Positions 9,139 through 18,203 of a stretch of 64,000 bases of DNA are shown in pieces. Every line of letters starts with the position of its first letter. The first letter of the stretch is position 1. Source of the DNA: Acidobacteriota bacterium (GTDB lineage: Bacteria; Acidobacteriota; UBA6911; RPQK01; JAJDTT01); contig OZ242374.1 in NCBI GenBank assembly GCA_965209055.1, positions 864,001 to 928,000 on the forward strand. Direction: 5' to 3'. Position numbers and translations under genes: made by a program. The notes under the pieces are model-generated. The model did no database searches. It had not been told where the DNA came from and saw nothing but the letters and a program-made list of their open reading frames with translations.

Positions 9139-10397
9139 GGCTGTCTCCCCTGGTTCCGCCACCAGCGGAATTCCAGCGTGCCCCGTTCCGCCACGGCGGC
9201 GAGGTCCGGATTTGCGTCTCCGTCCAGGTCGGCGATGATGACCTGGTTGGCCCGGCGCCAGTTGTCCTTCAACACATGCATGGTCCATGCGCCCTTGGGA
9301 TCTCCGCCGTTCTCGAACCAGGCGACACGGCCCGGGTCGCCCCAACCGGTGGCCACCACGTCCACGTCTCCATCACCGTCCAGGTCCGCGGCATCCGCCT
9401 CGAACGCATTCTGGTAGGGCTCGCGGATGACGTGGACCCGCCACGGGCCTTCGGTGGGATCGCCGGCGTTCTCGTACCAGAGGACCGAGTGGGTCGATTG
9501 CCCCGGCGTGAGCTCCCGTCCGCCGGCCAGGACCACGTCCAGGTCGCCGTCCAGATCCATGTCCACCGGCTGTCCGTGAAGGGCCCGGGGAGCTTCGGCG
9601 ATCAGGCGCCTCGTCCAGGTTCCCGACGATGGCCGGCCGCTGTTCTCGTACCAGACCACGATGGCGTTGCCCGCTTCGGCAGTGTGGATGGGAACGATCT
9701 CCTCGAGAGCGGCGGTGGCCAGCAGATCCCAGTCGCCGTCGCCGTCGAAATCCGCTGCCCGGATGGCGGTGGTCTCCCGAAGATCGCCTTCGATCAGATG
9801 CTGCTCCCAGGCTTCGACCCCCGGGTCCGCAGGATTCCCCGGATTTTCGAACCAGGCGAACTGGTAGCCCAACCACCACGAAGAGCCCGCCACATCCAGA
9901 TCGCCGTCGCCGTCCAGATCGGCCAGGGCCACGTCATAGGCGCCCGGCAGCGTCCCCTTGGCGATGTTCCGCCGTTTCCAAAGCTGTCCGTCCGCCGGAT
10001 TGCCATTGTTCTCGAACCAGAGCAGGTCTCCGTGCAGGTTCTTCACGATCACCACGTCCGGATGTCCGTCGCCGTCGACGTCCCCCACGGCGTGGCGCTC
10101 GAGCCGCTCGGGGTCGTCCTGCTGGATGAAACGTCGCGTGAACTCGCCCGCGCCGTCGTTTTCGAACCAGTACAGGTCGTTGTGCGGAAGCGCGTCGGCG
10201 CTGGTCAGATCCAGGTCGCCGTCCCCGTCCAGATCGGCGGCCGCGATTCCGAAGGGATAGGTGTATCCCTCCATGATCAGATGTTCGCTGAATTGAATGG
10301 CGGGAGGCGGTTCCTCGTCTCGCGGCGCCCCACAAGAGAGGAAACCGGCCGCTGCCAAAAACAGGGGGATGTGGATTCTCGGGGTTGTCTTACGCAT
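9135..10397 (-). CDS. FG-GAP/VCBS repeat lipoprotein
   Basis: FLSC lipobox; about 7 ADLDGDGDLD repeats each followed by W(F/Y)ENxG. Confidence 0.88.
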   Translation of the reverse strand: MRKTTPRIHIPLFLAAAGFLSCGAPRDEEPPPAIQFSEHLIMEGYTYPFGIAAADLDGDGDLDLTSADALPHNDLYWFENDGAGEFTRRFIQQDDPERLERHAVGDVDGDGHPDVVIVKNLHGDLLWFENNGNPADGQLWKRRNIAKGTLPGAYDVALADLDGDGDLDVAGSSWWLGYQFAWFENPGNPADPGVEAWEQHLIEGDLRETTAIRAADFDGDGDWDLLATAALEEIVPIHTAEAGNAIVVWYENSGRPSSGTWTRRLIAEAPRALHGQPVDMDLDGDLDVVLAGGRELTPGQSTHSVLWYENAGDPTEGPWRVHVIREPYQNAFEADAADLDGDGDVDVVATGWGDPGRVAWFENGGDPKGAWTMHVLKDNWRRANQVIIADLDGDANPDLAAVAERGTLEFRWWRNQGRQP

Positions 10398-10442
10398 GGC
10401 TTGCAGTATCATGAGCCGAATTCTCTACCAGAGAAACCCCAA

Positions 10443-12008
10443 ATGATGCGATTCCGGCTTTTCTTACTTCACTTGTTCTTTTTTGTATTCCTGACGGCCC
10501 AAGGAGCCGTTGCCGGCACTCCCGGCCTAATGAACCGTCCCGCCCTGGTCGAGATGGGAGACCGCCTGGAGTTGTTCGTCGACCATCACCTCATCGATCG
10601 TCTGGAGGGCGCTCGCCTCAAGCTCCATCACCCCAGGCCCGCGGAGACGGTGATCCGGGGAGACCGCCCCTGGGAAGGCGAACTCGGTTTTGGCCAGACG
10701 GTGATCCTGCACCAGGGCAAGTACCTCCTGTACTACCACGGGTCCAACAAGCTCTGCTATGCCGAGAGCGGGGACGGGGTCCACTGGACCAAACCGGCGC
10801 TGGGCCTCATCGAGGCCGGCGGGAGCCGGCAGAACAACCTGGTGGGAACGGCCGGCGGCGAGTATCTCTACGATCACCTGGAGGAACCTGCCGCCAGGGT
10901 CTATCTCGACTCCCGGCCCGGTGTGCCAGCCGGACGGCGCCTGATCGCGCTCAAGTTGGACGAAGGACACCGGGCGAATCCCACCGAAGAAGAACTGGCC
11001 CGCAGGCTCACGGTGAATCAGGAGGGTTTGTGGCAGGGAAGCCCCACCGACGTCATCCCCTGGGTCTCCAAAGATGGGAGGGCCTGGGAGAGACTCGGAG
11101 ACAAACCGCTGTTCCGGAACAACCTTTACGGAACGCTCGACGGAGACTTTTCCTTTTTCTGGTCGGAGGTCGAGCAGCAGTACGTCATCTACTCGCGTTA
11201 CTTCACCTCCCCCAACCGATCGGTGGGACGGCGGGCCATCGCCCGGCTCACGGCTCCCAACCTGTACCAGTGGTCCGAATTCCAACCCATGAGCTATGGG
11301 AATGGCGGGACCATTCCCGAAAATCACCTCTACATCAACCTGACGCTGCCCTACTACCGGGCGCCCCAGATCTATCTCGCGTTTCCGGCCCGGCTCATGG
11401 TGGGCCGGCAGGTGCTGACCGATGAGGATGCCCAGGCGGCCGGGGTACCGGAGGGAAGGTGGATGGACACTTCCGAGACGGTCCTCATGACCACGCGTGG
11501 ACCCGGCAACCGTTACGACACGACGTTCCGGGAGGGTTTCATTCGTCCCGGACCGGGAGCCCGGAACTGGATCACGCGCACCACCTTCGCCCTTCGCGGC
11601 GTGGTGCCCACCGGCCCCCGGGAGATCTCCATGTACGTCAGCCGCGAGACCGGCACCCGACACTGGCACATCCGCCGGTACGTGTTGAGAGTGGACGGGT
11701 TCGCGTCGGTCAACGCTCCCTATGACGGCGGAGAAATGGTGACCCGACCGCTCACCTTCTCGGGAAAGGAACTTCTGCTCAACACCTCCACGTCGGCCGC
11801 CGGCAGCGTCCGGGTGGAAATCCAGTCGCCCACCGGCGAGCCCGTCGCCGGCTACGCGCTGGAGGACTCGATGGAGATCGTGGGGGATGAGATCGAGCGT
11901 GTCGCCGGCTGGCAAAATGGGACGGATGTCTCCCCCCTGGCGGGGCAACCGGTCCGCCTCCGCTTCGTCCTGAAGGACGCGGACCTCTACTCGATCCGTT
12001 TCAGATAG
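10443..12008 (+). CDS. Exported beta-propeller glycoside hydrolase-like protein, same family as 993..2525
   Basis: Start ATG 10443 with signal peptide; ELFVDHHLI, YAESGDGVHWTKP, LRVDGFAS, LRFVLKDADLYSIRF. Confidence 0.75.
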   Translation: MMRFRLFLLHLFFFVFLTAQGAVAGTPGLMNRPALVEMGDRLELFVDHHLIDRLEGARLKLHHPRPAETVIRGDRPWEGELGFGQTVILHQGKYLLYYHGSNKLCYAESGDGVHWTKPALGLIEAGGSRQNNLVGTAGGEYLYDHLEEPAARVYLDSRPGVPAGRRLIALKLDEGHRANPTEEELARRLTVNQEGLWQGSPTDVIPWVSKDGRAWERLGDKPLFRNNLYGTLDGDFSFFWSEVEQQYVIYSRYFTSPNRSVGRRAIARLTAPNLYQWSEFQPMSYGNGGTIPENHLYINLTLPYYRAPQIYLAFPARLMVGRQVLTDEDAQAAGVPEGRWMDTSETVLMTTRGPGNRYDTTFREGFIRPGPGARNWITRTTFALRGVVPTGPREISMYVSRETGTRHWHIRRYVLRVDGFASVNAPYDGGEMVTRPLTFSGKELLLNTSTSAAGSVRVEIQSPTGEPVAGYALEDSMEIVGDEIERVAGWQNGTDVSPLAGQPVRLRFVLKDADLYSIRFR

Positions 12009-12042
12009 CAGTCCGTGGGGACGGCCCGGTTCGGCTTCGGTT

Positions 12043-13281
12043 TCAGTTGGGCAGACGCCACCGGACGACTTGGGCCGTGTAGCTTCCGACGGGGCGTCCT
12101 CTCTCGTCCAGCGGTGTGTTCCCCAAGGCGGTCACGATGGTGCCGTCCTCCAGGACGACGCTGGCGCCGTAGCCGTGACCCGGGCTCAGATGGTAGACCT
12201 CGGGCAACCAGGTCTGTCCGCCGTCCCGGCTGATCCGCGCCCTGACGTCCCCCTCCGGGTAGGGGTAGCGGTCTTCCACCACCAGGACCACCGGGCCGTC
12301 GGAGAGCTGGACCATGTGCCCGTGGGCCTGGCCGAACTCCAGATCCATGGGCCCGTCCGTCTGACGCCAGACGGGGCGGAAATTCTGCCAGCTCCTGCCG
12401 CCGTCTGCGGAATCGGACAGGAAGACGCGTTTTCCCACGGTGGATTTCTGGATCTCCCGCCGGGCGTGATCCTCGATCAGGGCCGGCGGTTCGTTCTGCG
12501 GGGGAGGAGCCTCGTATCTGCGCTGGTAACGGATGGCGGCCAGAAGGCGGCCGTCGTGAAGTTCCAGCAGATTGGTCTCGGTGCCCCACTGCTGCAAGGA
12601 ATGCTTCTCCTCCCAGCTCTTTCCACCGTCGGTGGAACGGAAGACATAGGTGGTGGGCGGCGGTTTCGAGGCGTCCTCTTTGTCATAGGCGTGTTGGGCA
12701 GCCATGATGGTGGGCCACAGAAGTGTTCCGTCCCGAAGCTCCAGCAGGCAGTTCTGGTTCCCCCCCGCCCGGATGAACGGAGACAGGTTGTCCAAACGGC
12801 TCCATGAGTGCCACGACTCGCCGCCGTCGGTGCTGCGCAGCAGGAAGTCGGTGGGCGGATCGTCGGCGCGGTAGGCCCAGAGCAGGGTGCCGTCCCGCAA
12901 CACTCCGAAGGAGTCATAGTTCTTGGCCCGCATGGGCGGGTCCAGAGAATCGACGTCGATGGAGCGGCTCTCCCAAGTCTTTCCAGCGTCGCGGGAGAGG
13001 AAAACCCGGGCATAGAGGGAGACGTAGATACGTCCGTCCCCGGTCATGCCGATGCCGGGGTCGCCCCGCCAGGGCATATCGGGATAGTCGAGGGGGATGT
13101 ATTCGGCGGGGAGGGTTCCGATTTCCTGGTGGTCCCGGGTGATCCGGATTTCTCCGTTGGGGGTGAAGGGGGCGGGAGGGGCCGGCTCGTCCCGGGTCTC
13201 GACGCCGGGGCGCGTCGACGGACTGCAGCCGAAGCTCAACATGAGCGCCCACAGAAAGTGGATTATGTGAAATCGGTGCAT
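12043..13281 (-). CDS. BNR/Asp-box sialidase-like lipoprotein
   Basis: Start MHRFHII, SFGC lipobox; STDGGESW, STDGGKSW, SADGGRSW, SRDGGQTW. Confidence 0.8.
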   Translation of the reverse strand: MHRFHIIHFLWALMLSFGCSPSTRPGVETRDEPAPPAPFTPNGEIRITRDHQEIGTLPAEYIPLDYPDMPWRGDPGIGMTGDGRIYVSLYARVFLSRDAGKTWESRSIDVDSLDPPMRAKNYDSFGVLRDGTLLWAYRADDPPTDFLLRSTDGGESWHSWSRLDNLSPFIRAGGNQNCLLELRDGTLLWPTIMAAQHAYDKEDASKPPPTTYVFRSTDGGKSWEEKHSLQQWGTETNLLELHDGRLLAAIRYQRRYEAPPPQNEPPALIEDHARREIQKSTVGKRVFLSDSADGGRSWQNFRPVWRQTDGPMDLEFGQAHGHMVQLSDGPVVLVVEDRYPYPEGDVRARISRDGGQTWLPEVYHLSPGHGYGASVVLEDGTIVTALGNTPLDERGRPVGSYTAQVVRWRLPN

Positions 13282-13350
13282 GTTGACTCCCTGAGAAAGG
13301 CGAATTTCGAGTCTCCCGCAACTCGTATCGCGTGTTGTTCCTCTGGAGAC

Positions 13351-13458
13351 CGGCGGCAAGAAAGCCGCCTGTTCCCAGTGGGCGACAAGAAAGTCGCCCC
13401 TCCGATCGGCGGCAAGAAAGCCGCCGCTCCCGATGGGCGGCTAGGATGTCGCCCCTCC
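13351..13458. repeat. Tandem array of 4 REP-like palindromes
   Basis: Units at 13351, 13380, 13407, 13435; consensus SGGCGRC-AAGAAA-GYCGCCS-CTCC, period 27-29 bp. Confidence 0.85.
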
Positions 13459-14616
13459 GAGGCGCCAGTGGAGGGCTGCCATGGTGCGGCTCCCCACCAC
13501 CCGGCCCCGGTGGTTCAAGTCCGTATTTTCGCAGACGGTGACGATGGTGCCGTCGGGGTAGACGACGCTGTCCGGGTAGCCGTGCCCGTGCATGAGCGAA
13601 TAGGTCGTCGGGTCCCAGGTCCGTCCTCCGTCGGAGCTGATCCGCGCCCGGATCCCGGCCAGCTCGTAGGGGTAGCGCTGCAACCAGATGGCTGCGATCC
13701 TTCCGTCGGGAACCTGGACGAACTCGCCGGGGATGCTGCCCCGCAAATCGAACAACCTGGGGTTGACCCAGGTTCGGCCGCCGTCGGAAGACTCGGCAAT
13801 CACCCCGTTTTTCAGAACCCACTCCTCGGTGGGGCTGGCTCCGGTCTTCTCCCGGAAGCCGGGTGGGTCCTCCTGGAGCATCGGTCTCTGGGCTCGGATG
13901 TAGGCCAACATCCGGTTCGAGTCCTTGACCGCCATCAAGGTGCTCTCGGCCGAATAGGGAAGGATCAGGGTCCGGTCTCCCCAGCTCCGGCCCCCGTCCC
14001 GGGACCGGAAGATGTGGTCGTGGAAACCCCGAACTCGAGGGTTGTCCCATTCGTCGACCCCGTCGCGGTGGCGGAGGGTCACGGTGATCATGGCGGTTCC
14101 GTCCGGATGCTGGTAGACGTCGCTCCACCCGGAGCCGCTGAAGGTGTAGGGGCTCACGTCCAGGGGAAAGGGCTCGCTCCAGGACTCACCGTAGTCCGTG
14201 GAGCGCTGGACATAGGTCACCGAGTGGTCCGGCGCGTCGTGGATCAGGATGAAAACGTCGTCGTCCAGTATTCCGAACCCGCCGCCGGTGCCCACCGGGA
14301 GCTTTCGCATGGTCCAGGTCCTGCCGCGGTCCGTGGACTCCCACAAATAGCCGCTGCCCGCCGCGAAGACGCGGCCGTCCCGGGTCAGGCCGGTCCGCGT
14401 GTCGGTCCGGGAGAAGGGGCTGGACATGGGGTAGATCCTGGCGCCCTGGATGGGAATCGTCTTTCGGGTGTGGGGAATCTCGTACGAAAAGGGGACGGGA
14501 ACGGCGGTTCCCTGGTCTCCTCTGCCGGAAGCGGCGGCGCCTGGAACCACCTTCCCGCTCATGGCCAGGACCCCTGCTGCGGCGGTCTTCCGGAGGAAAT
14601 CTCGGCGCCTGATCAT
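13441..14616 (-). CDS. Tat-exported BNR/Asp-box sialidase-like protein
   Basis: IRRRDFLRK twin-arginine signal; five Asp-boxes; RYPY..GIRARISSDGGRTW..GHGY. Confidence 0.8.
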   Translation of the reverse strand: MIRRRDFLRKTAAAGVLAMSGKVVPGAAASGRGDQGTAVPVPFSYEIPHTRKTIPIQGARIYPMSSPFSRTDTRTGLTRDGRVFAAGSGYLWESTDRGRTWTMRKLPVGTGGGFGILDDDVFILIHDAPDHSVTYVQRSTDYGESWSEPFPLDVSPYTFSGSGWSDVYQHPDGTAMITVTLRHRDGVDEWDNPRVRGFHDHIFRSRDGGRSWGDRTLILPYSAESTLMAVKDSNRMLAYIRAQRPMLQEDPPGFREKTGASPTEEWVLKNGVIAESSDGGRTWVNPRLFDLRGSIPGEFVQVPDGRIAAIWLQRYPYELAGIRARISSDGGRTWDPTTYSLMHGHGYPDSVVYPDGTIVTVCENTDLNHRGRVVGSRTMAALHWRLGGATS

Positions 14617-14749
14617 TTCACGGGTCTCGTTCAGGTGGGTCTTGCCGCATCCCGGCCCGAAGTACTAATGTGAACGCTGTTCCGGTCGGCGTTCAGCAAG
14701 AAAATCTGGCCCCGATCCTACCATCGTCCAGAGGAAAGGTACTACTGCA

Positions 14750-15712
14750 ATGGCAAAGCAACCCTTGATCGTGGTTCCCGGTGACCACCCGGTGCAACTG
14801 GCCGGATCACCTCACCTGGAGCGGCTGCGCCCCTATGGAGAGGTGGCCCTCTACTCCACTCGTCCCGCCGGCGACGCCGAGAAACTGGCCCGCGTCCGGG
14901 ACGCGCAGGCGATGATCAATTCCCGGGGCGCCGTCAAATGGCCCGGGCACCTGTTGAAGCAACTTCCCCGCCTGCGTTTCATCACCGTGTGTGGGATCGG
15001 CACCGACTCCATCGATCTGGAGACGGCACGGGAGCAAGGCATCATCGTCTCCAACATTCCCGGGATGACGGCCGCGGTGGTGGCCGAGCATGCACTGGCT
15101 CTCATGCTGGCCGCCTCCAAGCGAGTCTCCTACCAGACGGCCGAGCTGCGGGCGGGCCGATGGATCGGCATGAACAACGTCTACCTGCGGGGCAAGACCG
15201 CCGGCGTCATCGGGACCGGCGCCATCGGAGCCAAGATGATCGAGCTTTGCCGGGCGCTGGGAATGGATGTGGTTGCCTGGACGTTCAATCCGACCGACGA
15301 GCGGGAGCGAAAGCTGGGGGTGCGCTTCCTGGAGCTGGACGAGCTGTTGCAACTGGCGGACGTGGTGACGCTTCACCTCAAACTGACCCCGGAGAGCCGG
15401 CATCTGATCGGCGCCCGGGAGCTGTCGCTGATGAAACCGGGGAGTCTGCTGGTCAATACGGCCCGGGGAGCCATCGTCGACACGGCTGCGCTGGTGGAAT
15501 CCCTCGACTCAGGGCATCTGGGCGGCGCCGGTCTGGATGTGTACGACACCGAGCCGCTCCCCGGAAACGACCCGTTGTTGGAGTGCGAGCAGTTGGTCCT
15601 GACCCCGCACAGCGCGGACCAGACCCCCGAAGGCTACGACCTCCTCAATCAGGGGGTCGTGGACAACGTCATCGCCTTCCTCGAGGGGCGTCCGCGCAAC
15701 ATCGTCACCTGA
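14750..15712 (+). CDS. D-isomer-specific 2-hydroxyacid dehydrogenase
   Basis: GTGAIG Rossmann motif, VNTARG, LDVYDTEP, LTPHSA. Confidence 0.92.
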   Translation: MAKQPLIVVPGDHPVQLAGSPHLERLRPYGEVALYSTRPAGDAEKLARVRDAQAMINSRGAVKWPGHLLKQLPRLRFITVCGIGTDSIDLETAREQGIIVSNIPGMTAAVVAEHALALMLAASKRVSYQTAELRAGRWIGMNNVYLRGKTAGVIGTGAIGAKMIELCRALGMDVVAWTFNPTDERERKLGVRFLELDELLQLADVVTLHLKLTPESRHLIGARELSLMKPGSLLVNTARGAIVDTAALVESLDSGHLGGAGLDVYDTEPLPGNDPLLECEQLVLTPHSADQTPEGYDLLNQGVVDNVIAFLEGRPRNIVT

Positions 15713-15728
15713 CGGCTCGAAGAAAGCT

Positions 15729-16121
15729 TCAGACGACGTCGTAGAGCAGGACACCGTACTTCGACCCGGTGAGGGTCTTCTCGATGGTGGGCCAGACCCT
15801 CTGGTGTTCATCCGTGGCCACCCAGGTCTGGCGCTGCTCCTCGGTTTTGAAGCTGATGAGGAGCCGGTACTTGAAGTTGCCGGGAGCCGGACCCGCCAGG
15901 GCCTGCCGCAGCTTCATCAGGCGGACCTCGACGAAGCCGGGCTGGGCGCTGATGGCCGGCCGGAAGATCTTGTGGAAGTTCTCCACCATCTCTCCTTCCC
16001 GGGCCGGGTCCACTTCCAGGTCCACGTGAAGCTGGATCGGCTTGTGATGGGCAGCAGCGGAAGCGCGGCCGGAAAAGAGGCCGATTCCCAGAAAACCAAG
16101 AAGACAGTTGCGACGATTCAT
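15729..16121 (-). CDS. Small exported dimeric alpha/beta-barrel (ABM-like) protein
   Basis: MNRRNCLL..ASA signal; QPGFVEVRL, FKTEEQRQTWVATDEHQRVW resemble antibiotic biosynthesis monooxygenase/Dabb folds. Confidence 0.6.
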   Translation of the reverse strand: MNRRNCLLGFLGIGLFSGRASAAAHHKPIQLHVDLEVDPAREGEMVENFHKIFRPAISAQPGFVEVRLMKLRQALAGPAPGNFKYRLLISFKTEEQRQTWVATDEHQRVWPTIEKTLTGSKYGVLLYDVV

Positions 16122-16261
16122 GCGGTGATTCTACCGCACGCCGATCGGACTCGCCGTCTGCGCCAGGTTTTCGAGGCAGGATGGACGATTGAAGGGACGC
16201 GATTGAAGGCACGGGTGTTTTGTCGTCCGGTTCCACGTCGCTACGTGTGCGGTGCGGGATT

Positions 16262-16313
16262 CGGCGGTTGGGAAACCGTCATTTCTGTTCGGCGGTTAGG
16301 AAACCGCCGCGCC
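16262..16313. repeat. Two REP-like palindromes in tandem
   Basis: CGGCGGTT-GGGA-AACCGTC and CGGCGGTT-AGGA-AACCGCCG-CGCC. Confidence 0.65.
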
Positions 16314-16322
16314 GGTTCGGTC

Positions 16323-16328
16323 TATAAT
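16323..16328 (+). promoter_or_regulatory. Sigma70 -10 box of thiI (probably leaderless)
   Basis: Perfect TATAAT 7 nt before GTG 16336; no Shine-Dalgarno. Confidence 0.6.
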
Positions 16329-16335
16329 TGCCTTC

Positions 16336-17553
16336 GTGCGCCGCTTCTTCCTCTGCCACTATCATGAGGTCGGTCTCAAGAAGGGGAATCGCGCCTTCTT
16401 CGAGAGGCGCCTCTGCGAGAACATCCGCAAGGCTCTGGCGCAGTATCCGTACAAGTCGGTCCGGCGAATCTCCGGGCGGATTCTGGTGGAAGTGCCGGAG
16501 GATGCCCCTCACGAGCGGATTGGACAACGCCTCCAGAAAGTCTTTGGGGTGGCGTCCTGTTCTTCCGCCTGGCTCTCCGGACAATCTCTGGAGGACCTGG
16601 AGCGAAACCTCTGGACGCTGGTCCGGGACCGGGAGTTCGACACCTTCAAGATCGAGGCCCGGCGCGCCCAGAAGAGCTTTCCGTTGACGTCACCGGAACT
16701 GAACCGACTGCTCGGTTCCCATGTGGTGGAGCGTTCGGGCAAAGGGGTGAACCTCACCGCTCCCGATCTGACCTGCCACGTCGACATCGTGGAACGGTAC
16801 GCCTTCCTCTACTTCACCCGGTTGCCGGGCGCCCGCGGCCTTCCCGTCACCACTTCGGGCCGGGTCGTCGTGCTCCTCTCCGGCGGGATCGATTCACCGG
16901 TGGCGGCGTACAAGATCATGAAGCGGGGCTGCCCGGTGATCTTCGTCCATTTTCACAGCTATCCCTTCACCAACCTGGAATCCCAGGAGAAGGTCCGGCG
17001 CCTGGTGAGGTTGTTGAACGAATTCCAGTTCGAGTCCGTCCTTTACCGAGTGCCCTTCGCCCACACTCAGCGGCAGATCGTCGCCCTGACTCCGCCGGAG
17101 ACCCGGGTGGTCTTCTACCGCCGATTCATGCTGCGGATCGCCGAAAGGCTGGCTCTCAAGGAGGGCGCGCTGGCCCTGGTGACCGGAGACAGCATCGGCC
17201 AGGTGGCTTCCCAGACGCTGGCCAACCTGTCAGTGATTTCCAGTACCGTGAGCATGCCCGTGCTCCGTCCGCTGGTGGGAGACGACAAGGAGGAGATCAT
17301 TCAGACGGCCAGGCGGATCGGGACCTTTCCCGTCTCCATATTGCCCGACGTGGACTGTTGCTCCCTTTTCGTTCCCAAGCACCCCGAGACTCGCGCGCGA
17401 GCGGCCGCCATCGAGGAGATCGAGGCCGCACTGGACGTGGAAGAGTTGGTGGCGGCCGCACTGGCCGGCGCCGAACGGGAGATCTTCGAATCGATTTCCT
17501 CGGAATTGCCGGCGGCCAAGACCGTCCTCAGCCACGGGAACGGCCCGTCATGA
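16336..17553 (+). CDS. thiI: tRNA 4-thiouridine(8) synthase ThiI, without C-terminal rhodanese
   Basis: YHEVGLKKGNR, THUMP region, GARGLPV, PP-loop LLSGGIDSPVA, GDSIGQVASQT, DCC. Confidence 0.95.
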   Translation: MRRFFLCHYHEVGLKKGNRAFFERRLCENIRKALAQYPYKSVRRISGRILVEVPEDAPHERIGQRLQKVFGVASCSSAWLSGQSLEDLERNLWTLVRDREFDTFKIEARRAQKSFPLTSPELNRLLGSHVVERSGKGVNLTAPDLTCHVDIVERYAFLYFTRLPGARGLPVTTSGRVVVLLSGGIDSPVAAYKIMKRGCPVIFVHFHSYPFTNLESQEKVRRLVRLLNEFQFESVLYRVPFAHTQRQIVALTPPETRVVFYRRFMLRIAERLALKEGALALVTGDSIGQVASQTLANLSVISSTVSMPVLRPLVGDDKEEIIQTARRIGTFPVSILPDVDCCSLFVPKHPETRARAAAIEEIEAALDVEELVAAALAGAEREIFESISSELPAAKTVLSHGNGPS

Positions 17554-18155
17554 TGCGGTTCGCTGGGACTCTTCGCGGAGCCGCCGGGTTCCTGCTCTCA
17601 GCCGCGTTCCTGGCTACAGTCTCCGGAGGCGCCTTCGGGGAGGCGGACGAGGCGGCCGCCCGGGTGGAGCGGCTCTTCCAGCAGCTGGAGACGCGTTCCG
17701 AATCCCCCGGGTCCCCTCCCGAAACCTACGTCCTCAGCGAAGAGGACCTCAACGCGTTTCTGGCCTTTCGCTTGCGGAAATACAATCCCAAGGGGGTCGA
17801 ATCGGTGAGGGTGGTCTTCCGCCAGGATCGTCTGCTGGTTCGGGCCGACGTCGACCTCAGCAAGGTCGTTTCGAGCCGGAAAGCTCCCGAAGCGGGTCTC
17901 CTGGCGGCGCTCCTCGGCGGGCGCCACCAGGTGGAAGTGGACGGAGTCCTGGAGGTGGAGGATGGGCGCGGCCAATACCGGCTGGTGGGATTGAATCTGG
18001 ATGGGGTGCCCTTTCCCGCCATGCTGTTGGACTCCCTCGTGGACCGCCTCATGGAGGCGACCCAGCTCTCCGACGATCCCCGCAAGCCTTTCACCATGCC
18101 GTACGGCATCAAAGATGTCACAATAAGTCCGGGCCGGGCCACGATCCGAACCTGA
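17550..18155 (+). CDS. Exported hypothetical protein, possibly LmeA/DUF2993-like
   Basis: ATGA overlap with thiI; signal peptide; LSEEDLNAFL motif and alternating beta pattern. Confidence 0.6.
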   Translation: MMRFAGTLRGAAGFLLSAAFLATVSGGAFGEADEAAARVERLFQQLETRSESPGSPPETYVLSEEDLNAFLAFRLRKYNPKGVESVRVVFRQDRLLVRADVDLSKVVSSRKAPEAGLLAALLGGRHQVEVDGVLEVEDGRGQYRLVGLNLDGVPFPAMLLDSLVDRLMEATQLSDDPRKPFTMPYGIKDVTISPGRATIRT

Positions 18156-18203
18156 CGAGGGACCCGATTCTTCCATCCTGAAATCGAACCGAAGGGGCGG
18201 CGA

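Noticed and set aside
9048-10442. N-terminal extensions of the 986-aa ORF and of the 824-aa ORF at 24974
   Set aside because: They overlap real opposite-strand genes; signal peptides begin at 10443 and 25790
13351-13458. Possible mini-CRISPR array (also 29233-29333)
   Set aside because: Units are separated by only 0-5 nt, vary in sequence, have no spacers or cas genes and match dispersed REP copies
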